Assembly: GCA_002269645.1 (NCBI GenBank)
Contig: NIVC01001290.1
Span: 1-43,721, forward strand
Source of the DNA: Macrostomum lignano
Taxonomy: Eukaryota
Length of the DNA: 43,721 nucleotides
Reading direction: 5' to 3'
Under the pieces are notes generated by a model, which made no database searches, was not told the origin of the DNA, and saw only the letters and a list, made by a program, of their open reading frames with translations. The translations under genes were made by a program, and so were the position numbers. Shown here piece after piece: positions 9,587 through 25,372 of the stretch; within the stretch, counting starts at the first letter, position 1; each line of letters starts with the position of its first letter.

Positions 9587-12500
9587 ATGGCTAGCAACAC
9601 CTTTGACGCGGTGTACGCGCAGAGATCAGTCGCGGAGGCCTCCGCTCAGGAGCGGGCAACCCTCGAGGACGTGCTCAGCGAGGAAAACCTGCCTCTGGAG
9701 AGCACTGAGGTGCGGCCACCACCACCGCTGCCCCCGCCGCTGCCCCCGCCGCTGCAGCAGCAGACGGCTCTTGCGGTCAACGGCAAGGTCGGCAAACGGC
9801 GCCCTCTGTTCGGCATTGGCAGCACGAAGAAGTCCGCGGCTGCCAGCCAGGCGGTGAAGCAGCGAATGCTGCACAGCCAGTCCGACACCGGCCGGTCCAA
9901 GAAGGAAGACAAAAGCAAGCGACAGCGACACACACCCACAAACAATAGCGAAGTGTCCAAGCGAGACTCCCGGGCCCAGTCGGAGGAGTACATCTTTACA
10001 AAGTCTATCGATGTGTAAGCGTTTGCGGGGATCGAAAACACTCGCTATACCCGCCTCCCTTGCACTTACCTCTCTCGTCAGCACCTATTTTCCTACGTTA
10101 ACTCACCTCCCCACAATAACCCACCTCCCACAATACCCACCTCCCACAATAACCCACCTCCCCACAATAACCCACCTCCCCACAATAACCCACCTCCCAC
10201 AATAACCCATCTTCCACAATAACGTACCTCCACAATAACCCACCTCCCACAATAACCCACCTCCCCACAATAACCCACTTCCCCACAATAACCCACCTCC
10301 CCACAATAACACACCTCCCCACAATAACCCACCTCCCCACAATAACCCACCTCCCACAATAACGCACCTCCCCACAATAACCCACCTCCCACAATAACCC
10401 ACCTCCCACAATAACCCACCTCCCACAATAACCCACCTCCCACAATAACCCACCTCCCCACAATAACCCACCTCCCCACAATAACCCACCTCCCCACAAT
10501 AACCCACCTCCCCACAATAACCCACCTCCCCACAATAACCCATCTACCCACAAAAACCCACCTCCCCAAAATAACCCAACTCCCCAAAATAACACACCTC
10601 CCCACAATAACCCACCTCCCCACAATAACCCACCTCCCACAATAACGCACCTCCCACAATAACCCACCTCCCACAATAACCCACCTCCCACAATAACCCA
10701 CCTCCCACAATAACCCACCTCCCCACAATAACCCACCTCCCCACAATAACCCATCTACCCACAATAACCCACCTCCCCCCAATAACCCAACTCTCAACTC
10801 AAGGCCGAGAGCCCAAAGAAATGCGAGCTATATTAGGCCAATAAATTAACACCTTTGCGAGGTATTTATAACTATTTATTACCACCTTTCTCAACGCCGC
10901 CAGCTCGATGAACAACCCGAACGCCGACTTCGACGAGCTGAAACTTTCGCCATTCTACGAAGGCTACGACACGCGCAACCTGCTAGAGAAGTGGCGCGAC
11001 CTGCCTTCCCGGCTGACCATCAATGACTGGGCATTTTTTATTCGCACCACCCGGCGCAGGTCGCAGCGCAGCCAGGTGGACCGTCTGGTCGGCGACGTGT
11101 GCGCCAAGGTGCTGAGCATGCGCGAGATGATGCAATACTCGCTGGACAGCGGCGCCCACTGCCTGCTGTGGGTGAACTCCGGCCTAGCCAGGCGATTTCT
11201 GCCTCGAATGCGCCGGGGCTCGCAAATCCTCGGCCGAGTCCAGGGCGACGTCATCGTGAAGGACAAGCAGAACCTGGCCAGCCTGCTCATCGAGCATCAG
11301 TTCCGCGAGTGGCTTGAGTGGCCGACCCACGTGTGCGTCAACGAGAAAAACGAGGAGATCAAGCGGAACAACCAGCGACTGTGCCGTCACCAGTACATTG
11401 TAAGCGATTGTGAGCCATCATCGCTCATCACTTTCACTGTCTCCATGTTTCACAGGTCATTTGGGTCCTAAAACCCCGTGTTTTAAGACCCCTGCATTTT
11501 ACATGCTCAATGTTTTACAACCCAATGTTTTACAACCCCTGTGTCTTACAACCCCTGTGTCTTACAACCCCTGTGTCTTACAACCCCTGTGTCTTACAAC
11601 CTTTGTATTTCACAAGCCCGTGTTTCACAACCCCTGTGTCTTACAACCCCTGTGTCTTACAACCCTGTGTCTTACAACCCTGTGTCTTACAACCCCTGTG
11701 TCTTACAACCCCTGTGTCTTACAACCCCTGTGTCTTACAACCCCTGTGTCTTACAACCCCTGTGTCTTACAACCCTGTGTCTTACAACCCCTGTGTCTTA
11801 CGACACCTGTGTCTTACAACCCCTGTATCTTACGAACCCTGTGTCTTACAACCCCCATGTTTTACAACCCCGTGTTTTACAAACCTCTGTGTCTTACAAC
11901 CCCTGTGTCTTACGACACCTGTGTCTTACGACACCTGTGTCTTACGACACCTGTGTCTTACAACCCCCATGTTTTACAACCCACGTGTTTTACCGCCACT
12001 GTGTTTCACTACTTAGCAAATATTTTACAAAACGAACGCATGAATCTCAGCGCACCGCCTGACACCAGTTCCTTCTTCACTCTGTTGCTAGGGTCACTAC
12101 ATGGGCAAGTGCATCGACGATGACGCTCCCAACTGCCCGAATCATGAGTACTACTTCTGCGAGTGCTTCCGCAAGCACTTCTTTGTGCCCGAGTTTTTCG
12201 CCTTCAGTCACTACTATCTAATGGAGCAGTTTCTCAAGAAATACGAGAGTGAGTTCACCCATTATTAATCTCCTATTGTCACACTCCTACTAGCATTCGT
12301 AGTAGAAGGCTCTCCTAGTATCACTCTTCTTAGATCTGGACCGGTTCCAGTTTAAAGTACAAGCGTAAACCGTCGTCCAAATCCCGCCCTTGCCGAACCC
12401 CAGCGGACATGGAGTTCAAGAAGACGGTCTGGCTGGCCAAGCCCGCCTACCTGACGGGCGGCAAAGGCTTCTTCCTCATCCGGGATGCGATGGATTTCCG

Positions 12501-15500
12501 CTATTTCTACCTGGTTCGAAGCGACACCTGCGTCCGGCGCGAGGGCTTCACGCTGCAGCGCTACCTGCCCAGGCCGTGCACGCTGAACAGGCTGAAGGTG
12601 GACTGCCGCATGTACCTCATGATCACCGTGCTGAACGGCCGTCGAGTCTGCGGATTCTTCCATCCGGGATTCGCTCGCACCGCGGCCGTACCTTGGACGG
12701 TGAAGTTTGAACAGCTGCACCAGACGAAGATGAGCGGCAACGTGTTCGAGCACATCACCGCTGCCGAGCTCTACAAGCTGAACAACGCGCGGGTGCCGGG
12801 CGAGAGCGAAGAGGACGACGACGACGAGAAGGCGCAGTGCTTCGCCTTCAACGATGCCTGCGAGCAGATTGCCACCGGCGCCAAGAAGGTGAAGAAAGGC
12901 GAAGTGGAAAATGTCCTGCCGTTCGCCGGCGAAGACGCCGATTCCGGCAAATTTCTTGAGAAAGATTTCGACAAATTTCATTGGCGCTTCAAGTACATGA
13001 TTGAGGTGCTGTGCGCCAAGCTCGACCCCATTGTGAGGGACAAGCCGGGAACGTTCCAGATTTTCGGACTGGACATCCTGATCGACTCCGACACTAAGGT
13101 TAGCCACGCATTAGTTTTATTTGTCGTTCGTAGCTGACCGCGTAATAATCTTCTGATTATCTAATAATTGTCCGATTACGTAATGTCTGCTCGATCACGT
13201 ATTAACCGTCTGATTGCTCTCGTCTCAAAACAACGCTGGGTTCGATTCCTGGCTGTCTGAGGAAAACGGAGCCAGTTTTGCTTAACTCGTAGCTCAAAAA
13301 ACTGATTTTCAAACCCTTCAGCCCTGGCTACTCGAAGTGAACTCGCACGTGGCAACAGAGCAGATTTACGATCGCAGCCAGTGCAGAGTTATCTCCAATG
13401 TTGTGACGGAAGCAATCTGCATTGTTGTGGAGTTGTTTCAAAAAGCTTTCGAGGTAATTGTTTTCATTTTTGTCACTGTAGCCGCTTAGTTATAGACACT
13501 ATAAGACACTATAGCTCCCAGCCATAGATACTAGAATTCCTAGCCAAAGACACTAGAACTCCCAGCCATAGACACTAGAATTCCCAGGCATAGACACTAG
13601 AACTCCCAGCCATAGACACTAGAATTCCAAGTCATAGACACTAGAATTCCCAGCCATAGACACTAGAATTCCCAGGCATAGACACTAGAATTCCAAGCCA
13701 TAGACACTAGAATTCCCAGGCATAGACACTAGAACTCCCAGCCATAGACACTAGAATTCCAAGTCATAGACACTAGAATTCCCAGCCATAGACACTAGAA
13801 CTCCCAGCCATAGACACTAGAACTCCCAGCCATAGACACTAGAAATCCATCCCAGCCATAGACACTAGAACTCCCAGCCATAGACACTAGAAATCCATCC
13901 CAACCATAGACACTAGAACTCCGAGCCATAGACACTAGAACTCCCAGCCATAGACACTAGAACTCCCAGCCATAGACACTAGAACTCGCAGCCAAAGACA
14001 CTAGAACTCCCAGCCATAGACACTAGAACTCCCAGCCATAGACACTAGAACTCGCAGCCATAGACACTGACCCACCTCATCCTAGGAAGAGGCGATCGCC
14101 ATGGAGATTCAGCAAGGTGAGGCACCGCTCATCAAGCTGACCAGAGCCCAGCGCCTCATGACGGCCAAAGCCGAGCAGGACGCTCTCGACAAGCTGGCCG
14201 GCCTACTCGAGATGACGGAAATTTCGCAAAGAAAACCGCCAATTTTTTTGCAAAACTTTTTCTGGTGGTACGATACACCTCGCTACCGATGGATAAAGCC
14301 ATGGGTTACAAGGAAACGCCGACCTGCCCAGTCAATCCCATGGTACTCGCAGACGTTTATCAATTTAGTTAAACGAAACGAGGCCATTGTGAGAAAGAAT
14401 TTCAAAGCAGACGAGGCTACAGCTTCGCATGACTACATGGACTACTTTAGACACGCTTTCCGAGTCGCTGTCGCAGTGTTCAACATGGTACTGGTTCAAT
14501 AGTTGGAATAGGTTGAAAGTTAAGAATGGACGCTATAAATAGTAGAACCCACATAGGAAAATTCAACTTGGCCAGTTTCCGGCCATAGACACTAGAACTC
14601 CCAACCATAGACACTAGAATTCCCAACCATAGCCCCTAGAATTCCCAACCATAGCCACTAGAATTCCCAACCATAGCCACTAGAATTCCCAACCATAGAC
14701 ACTAGAACTCCCAGCCATAGACACTAGAAATCCATCCCAGCCATAGACACTAGAACTCCCAGCCATAGACACTAGAACTCCCAGCCATAGACATTAGAAT
14801 TCCAAGCCATAGACACTAGAATTCCCAGGCATAGACACTAGAACTCCCAACCATAGACACTAGAATTCCCAACCATAGACACTAGAATTCCCAACCATAG
14901 ACACTAGAACTCCCAACCATAGACACTAGAATTCCCAACCATAGACACTAGAATTCCCAGGCATAGACACTAGAATTCCCAACCATAGACACTAGAATTC
15001 CCAACCATAGACACTAGAATTCCCAACCATAGACACTAGAACTCCCAACCATAGACACTAGAATTCCCAACCATAGACACTAGAATTCCCAGCCATAGAC
15101 ACTAGAATTCCCAACCATAGACACTCGAATTCCCAACCATAGACACTAGAATTCCCAGCCATAGACACTAGAATTCCCAACCATAGACACTAGAATTTCC
15201 AGCCATAGACACTAGAATTTCCAGCCATAGACACTAGAATTCCCAACCATAGACACTAGAATTTCCAGCCATAGACACTAGAATTCCCAGCCATAGACAC
15301 TAGAACTCCCAGCCATAGACACTAGAATTCCCAGCCATAGACACTAGAATTCCCAACCATAGCCACTAGAATTCCCAGGCATAGACACTAGAATTCCCAA
15401 CCATAGACACTAGAATTCCCAACCATAGACACTAGAATTCCCAACCATAGACACTAGAATTCCCAACCATAGACACTAGAGCTTCCAGCCATAGACACTA

Positions 15501-15805
15501 GAGCTTCCAGCCATAGACACTGGAACTCCCAACCAAAGACACTAGAATTCCCAGCCATAAGACACTATAGAATTCCCAGCCATAGACACTGGAACTCCCA
15601 ACCATAGACACTAGAATTCCCAGCCATAGACACTAGAATTCCCAGCCATAGACTGGTACAACACTACTACTCTCCCGACTCGCAGGAGAAGACGGAGGAA
15701 GAGATGAAGGAATTCGAGGAGGAGCTGCTGAAGCGGGCCGCCAAGGTGCGCAACCCGGGCGGCAGTGCCAACAACGCCAGCGCCACTCCGGACTCGGATT
15801 TTTAA
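9587..15805 (+). CDS. Tubulin-tyrosine-ligase-like (TTLL) ATP-grasp enzyme, most similar to TTLL10 (tubulin polyglycylase)
   Basis: Exons 9587-10014, 10904-11399, 12092-12248, 12404-13098, 13322-13453, 14086-14487, 15686-15805, all GT-AG and phase-consistent. TTLL motifs: VWLAKPAYLTGGKG, QRYLPRP...KVDCRMY, FQIFGLDILIDSD-K-PWLLEVN. The following RVISNVVTEAICIVVELFQKA resembles the TTLL10 post-EVN helix. Subfamily assignment is tentative. Confidence 0.88.
10105..10790. repeat. C-rich intronic minisatellite, 18-19-bp unit (cccacaataacccacctc[c])
   Basis: Fills TTLL intron 1; explains the GEVGYC and GRWVIV ORFs. Confidence 0.96.
11512..11990. repeat. Intronic minisatellite, 16-17-bp unit (ccc[c]tgtgtcttacaa)
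   Basis: Tandem array in TTLL intron 2. Confidence 0.95.
13513..14068. repeat. Intronic minisatellite, 22-bp unit (cccagccatagacactagaa[c/t]t)
   Basis: Tandem array in TTLL intron 5. Confidence 0.95.
14580..15652. repeat. Intronic minisatellite, same 22-bp unit as 13513-14068
   Basis: Tandem array in TTLL intron 6. Confidence 0.95.
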
Positions 15806-16223
15806 TTCGAACTTCATTTGCCATAAAAACTGGCTCACTGTTATCATGTAGCAAAGAGCTCCGCTTTCAAAAGAAAATGCGTTGCTAAATTATTTGCATC
15901 GCTGTATTTTTATAAATGACTTTGTCCAAATCATAAATTTTGTTTGAAAGCTAACAGCTATAATTATTTTTGCTATTAGTAAACAATGAATTTACTTCTT
16001 ACCGCCTGTTTTTGGTTTTTATATGACCATTGAACGAATTGTTCCGAGCCAATATTACACTTGGACTCAATTCGACACTTGAGCAAATACTATCTTTTTA
16101 TTCGCGGACTAAATTCGTTCTTCACATTGCTGACTTCATTTCTGACAAGATAGTCGGTTTCCAGCCCCAGAATGGCTAGAAATAAGTTGCACATATCAGA
16201 CGAAGTTGTACCACTAATTCTGG

Positions 16224-16542
16224 ACCCATCAATCCTGAACCCATCAATCCTGAACTCAGTAACCCTGAACCCATCAATCCTGAACCCATCAATCATGAAC
16301 CCATCAATCCTGAACCCATCAATCCTGAACCCATCAATCCTGAACCCATCAATCCTGAACCCATCAATCCCGAACCCATCAATCCTGAACCCATCAATCC
16401 TGAACCCATCAATCCTGAACCCATCAATCCCGAACCCATCAATCCTGAACCCATCAATCCTGAACCCATCAATCCTGAACCCATCAATCCTGAACCCATC
16501 AATCCTGAACCCATCAATCCTGAACCCATCAATCCTGAACCC
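16224..16542. repeat. Minisatellite, 15-bp unit (ctgaacccatcaatc), about 20 copies
   Basis: Tandem array; explains the NPSIL and DGFRI ORFs. Confidence 0.96.
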
Positions 16543-16732
16543 TTGAATTTTGAGCATATAATAAATAATGATTAAAAGTGCATCAGAAGAAACATATATT
16601 GACATTAATATCTTAATTTGCAGTCGTGAATCTGAATAGGCGATTAGTCAATAGATATAGCATCAATCTTTTCATTGCTAATGCATTTAATGTTTACTGT
16701 GTCACGCAGTAAACAGAAGCTGACGCTCAGAC

Positions 16733-16941
16733 ACACAGTTCACACACACACACACACAGTTCACACACACACACAGTTCACACACACACAGTTCACACAC
16801 ACACACAGTTCACACACATACACACACAGTTCACACACACACAGTTCACACACACACACAGTTCACACACACACACACAGTTCACACACACACACACAGA
16901 GTTCACACACACACACACAGTTCACACACACGCAGTTCACA
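16733..16941. repeat. Compound microsatellite (CA)n interrupted by GTT
   Basis: Repeated cacacacacacagtt. Confidence 0.93.
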
Positions 16942-17194
16942 CGGCCACCGGTGCAGCTGCCGATTCCGCCTGGCCCATTGCTGCTGTTGAGCAACTGTTG
17001 AAAATGACCAGACCGGCTGCTGGGGCCGCCTCTGGGTTGCTGGGGCGAGGAAATTGAGCAAGGTTATGCGACAGTTAAAATTTATAGATTTTATGGCTAT
17101 CGGAATTGGGCCTGCTTCTTGACCTTTGGCCTTTCAAGTTAAATCCTTTCCAACTCACTCCATGTCGCCTCTCACAGCACTTTAGTCCCTACCA

Positions 17195-17282
17195 GCCAGC
17201 CCCTCCCAGCTAGCCCCTCCAAGCTAGCCCCTCCCAGCTAGCCCCTCCCAGCTGGCCACTCCCAGCCAGCCCCTCCCAGCTC
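17195..17282. repeat. Short tandem repeat, about 15-bp unit (cccagctagcccct)
   Basis: About 5 copies immediately 3' of the PACC1-like stop codon. Confidence 0.85.
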
Positions 17283-17289
17283 CAGTCGA

Positions 17290-21779
<4,490 letters not shown>

Positions 21780-23659
21780 GACGCAAACTGAGGCTCGAAA
21801 TATTTATCTGATGATCCTTCAATAAAAAGCAAATGCACAAAGTAAGTAAGCAAGTAATTTTGTACGTCAGAATTTTTGCATTAGTTCTCAATAATATAGC
21901 TAGATATGTATTTTATCAACATAACTGACTGAGCCAATCAAACTGGATCTCAATCGAAACAGCAGTGCAGGAGCTCGCAGACTGCCAGCCAATATGGTGC
22001 TTGAGAATTTCTCTCATTCGCTGCATCAAATCAGTTGAGTGAATGTTTCGAGATGGGCCTTTCTGAATGCTCATCGTCCACGTTAGGAGTTTTTGGTGCG
22101 AATATAATTACTCAATATAAATTAAAGCGCGTGTTTTAATTGATTTTTATTTAAGTTTTTTAGTTTTTATTTTAATAACTTATTAAAAATAAAATTCAAT
22201 AATATACCCATTTAATATAATGTACAAGAATTTGAGAAATCCTTGTAAGAAAAAATTCTTTAATCAAGAATCCCTCTGTGTAAAGTTTTTTCCTTCTAAA
22301 AAAACAATGAAAAAGTAACAGTCTAAAAAGCAAAAAAATGAAGTTTAAATTGGCATTTTCATCTACCCAATCATTCAGATTTTCAAAAAAAAATTTTTGA
22401 TGTTTGAAAATTTAGCAAAAATATTCAAGGATAATTTAAATGTGGCTTCCTCTGTGCCAACTGGAAAAAATTATTTTCTATTCTGCTACTATAATTTTGT
22501 TCTTTTCCATCGAGATTTATATTAAATCTAACTTTTTGTCGAACTCATTATGTTAGGCAAAAAATCAAACAAACAGGCACGGGGGATAATCGTGTGAGCT
22601 CGTTCTCTGAAAGCCATCATTATGCTAAGGTTTTGAAATTTATTGAATATTCGTTTTTGGCGTGCGATAACTAATTTCGCTTTTTTAGTCTTAAAGTTTT
22701 ATTTTGTATCATATTTTGTAACTGTAGAAACAGAAAGCTTAATAAAATAAATTAATAATTTTACGTAGAAATATTTTTATACTTCAATTTTTGATTGACC
22801 GCTGTTTTAGAAACATTCCGTTGTGGCGTGCAATTGAATTACAAATTTGTAAAATAAACTTCTTGAAGTCAAACAATTCAAAAAGAATATTCGTTGTGAT
22901 GACAGACGGATGAATGAATGCGTCCTTGTTTGGTGGGTGCAATGCGCCTTAATTTAGTTCATATTTATTTGTAAAATCTATTTGTAATAAAAGTAATTAG
23001 GTTAATTATTATTTAAACTGGATCTACTTGAATTCTGGAAACTACGCTACTCAACAACAACTACAGCGCCTAGAAAAAACCCTAACACTGGTCAAACACA
23101 GCGCATGTCGCGTTTCAAATACGATAGGAATTAACATACAGTAAAACAAAAGTAGTAAAGTAAGTACGTACATGCAGTAGGTATCGCGGAAATAGGAAAC
23201 TTACTATTGAATAAATACTGACTAAATAATAACAACAATTTTCAAGAACGCCGGATATCATAAAAAGTGCGGAGATTCAATTGATACATAAAAATACTTT
23301 ACAAATTATCCATAGTAACTTCAATTCAGCAATCAATATAGGCACTTAACTAATTTTTTGAAACACTAGCATTTCCATCATTTAGAAGAAAAAGTAATCT
23401 TAATTTTCAAATGAAACATCATTCAAGGCTTTTCTTCCCATTGTTTGCTCGGATGCGAGAAATCACTACATTTATTGAGCGGCAACTATAGGATAATTTA
23501 CAAAAAACGGCTGGGTGAGTTGCTATCCTGAATAGTTAGTGTATAGTAAAAAATAAGGATTTTTAATTATTTGCTTTTTCGAGCTTAGAGTTTAGACCGT
23601 TTAATTTCTCGTCTGACAAAGGAACTTAATTGGTTCGATTTCAGGTATTCATGCAGGTA

Positions 23660-25020
23660 CTTCGGGTGTGTCATAAGTAATGTCACTGATGTAAAAACAG
23701 ACGAACTTGCAATGGCAGATGAACAAAAATGTATCAATCAACAACATAGTGTCCCCCAACATCAATCACTCTCTCGCAGTGCTCGTACAGCTTCTCCACC
23801 TCAGCCTGCAGGTGTTTTTCCTCCAGCTGCCGGAACCAGTGCAACGCGGCAGCTGTTTGACCTCTTCATGGTTTGCAAAACTCCTCTTGGAAAAGTCAGC
23901 CTTCAGCCATTTGAACAGGAATCTGTCGCACAAATTGAAGTCCGGGCTGTAGGGACTCTGCCAGAGCAGATTCACTCGACGTCCAGCCAGAAAATCCGAA
24001 ACAGCCTTACAGGTGTGAGGCCTTGCGTTGTCCATCTGCCACAGCACCTCGTCCAGGTGACATGGATTTGACCGGAGAGTGCGCCAGAGGTCCCCAGTGT
24101 GCCGGACAAAGTCGATAAAATACTGGCCATCGACCTTGGTGTTCGGTGGAGTTGTGCAGATGGAGACTCGTTTGTTTGGCGTGAAGGCTACCAGCAGCAT
24201 GGTCTTCTTGTCCGAGATGGACCTCCTGGTCACGGTCGCCTTGGAGTCCCCAGCTCCCAGCCAGCAGCGATTGTCTGCCTTGCTGCCCTTGCCATCCAGG
24301 TGGAGCCAGGTTTCATCCTCAACAACCAGGCAGTTTAGGATGTCATTCAAGCCCCGGCTGCTGAACACCTTGCGGATCTGCTTGGCGCAGTTCACACGAG
24401 CCTGTCGTTGGTCTGCAGTGAGATCGTAGGGCACCCAGACTGAGCAGACACTGCGGAGATGGAGATCCTCTGTCAGGATGCGATGGACTGTCTTGAAATC
24501 AATCTCCAAACAGTCCGCTAGCTCCCTGACAGACTGCCGTGGGTCTTCCTTGACCAGATCGCTGATGACATCGATGTTCTCTGTTGTCCTGGTTGAGCAT
24601 GGTCGGCCAGACCTGGTGGCATCTCCCAATTCAAACCCAGGATTACTGAAGTCCTGGAACCACCTGTAAATTGTCCTGCGAGTTGGGCAGCTGTCTGGCA
24701 TTGTGATCCGGAGATCTTCCTTTACTTCTGCTGCAGATTTTCCAAGCTTAAAACGAACGAAAGCGTAGAACTGATGTGCGTCTTATCGTGATTCATGTTG
24801 ATATTTGTTCGATGCATAGACGATTTTTCACCGCGTTGCGCTTGCTAAATCTGCATATCGAATTCTTGCGATAAGTTGGACCATAAACATCCGATACACG
24901 TCTCAAATACACTGGTATTGCTTCACTAAGTATACTTTGCAGCTGCACTGCCCACAAGTGCATATGCCTACATGCTTTTGACAGAGACATGCAGTGACAT
25001 TACTTACGACACACCCGAAG
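23660..25020 (-). mobile_element. Full-length mariner (DD34D) DNA transposon, 1361 bp
   Basis: 29-bp TIRs cttcgggtgtgtcataagtaatgtcactg (23660-23688) and 24992-25020 (1 mismatch); TA on both sides (23658-59, 25021-22). Confidence 0.97.
23734..24796 (-). pseudogene. Mariner transposase with two frameshifts
   Basis: Motifs: HTH region TIYRWFQDF, WVPYDL, VEDETW, QMDNARPH, SPYSPDFNLCD with 34 residues between D2 and D3. The ATG at 24796 is out of frame with HQFYAFVRFKLGK. A second shift near 23845 is needed to read ALHWFRQL...HCERVIDVGGHYVVD*. Confidence 0.9.
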
Positions 25021-25040
25021 TATTTATTATATATTTGATG

Positions 25041-25372
25041 CAGGGGCGTAGCCAGGAATTTTGATTGGGGGAGGGGGGGCGCTAGTTTCTTTTAGGGCCG
25101 CCAGTTTCTTTATAGGGGGGAGGACTGCCAGTTTCTTAATTGGGGGGGGGCGCCAGTTTCTTTTAGGGGGGGGGGCTGCCAGTTTCTTTATAGAGGGGGG
25201 GGCAGTTTCTTTATAAGGGGGGGGGCGCCAGTTTCTCGGGGGGGGGGCGCCAAAAAAGCGGCAGCATTTCCAAAGGGGCGGCAAAGCGCAGTTCTGGGGG
25301 GGGGGGCGCCAAGGCCAGAGTTGGTGATTGGGGGGCCGCGGCCCCCCTTGCCCCCCTCTGGCTACGCCCCTG
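25041..25372. mobile_element. hAT-like MITE, 332 bp, G-rich
   Basis: 15-bp TIRs caggggcgtagccag / ctggctacgcccctg; 8-bp TSD ATTTGATG (25033-25040 and 25373-25380); internal repeats gccagtttct..ggggggg. Confidence 0.92.

Noticed and set aside
10093-12123. ORFs (GEVGYC)n, (GRWVIV)n, (PCVLQPL)n
   Set aside because: Read-through of intronic minisatellites in the TTLL gene.
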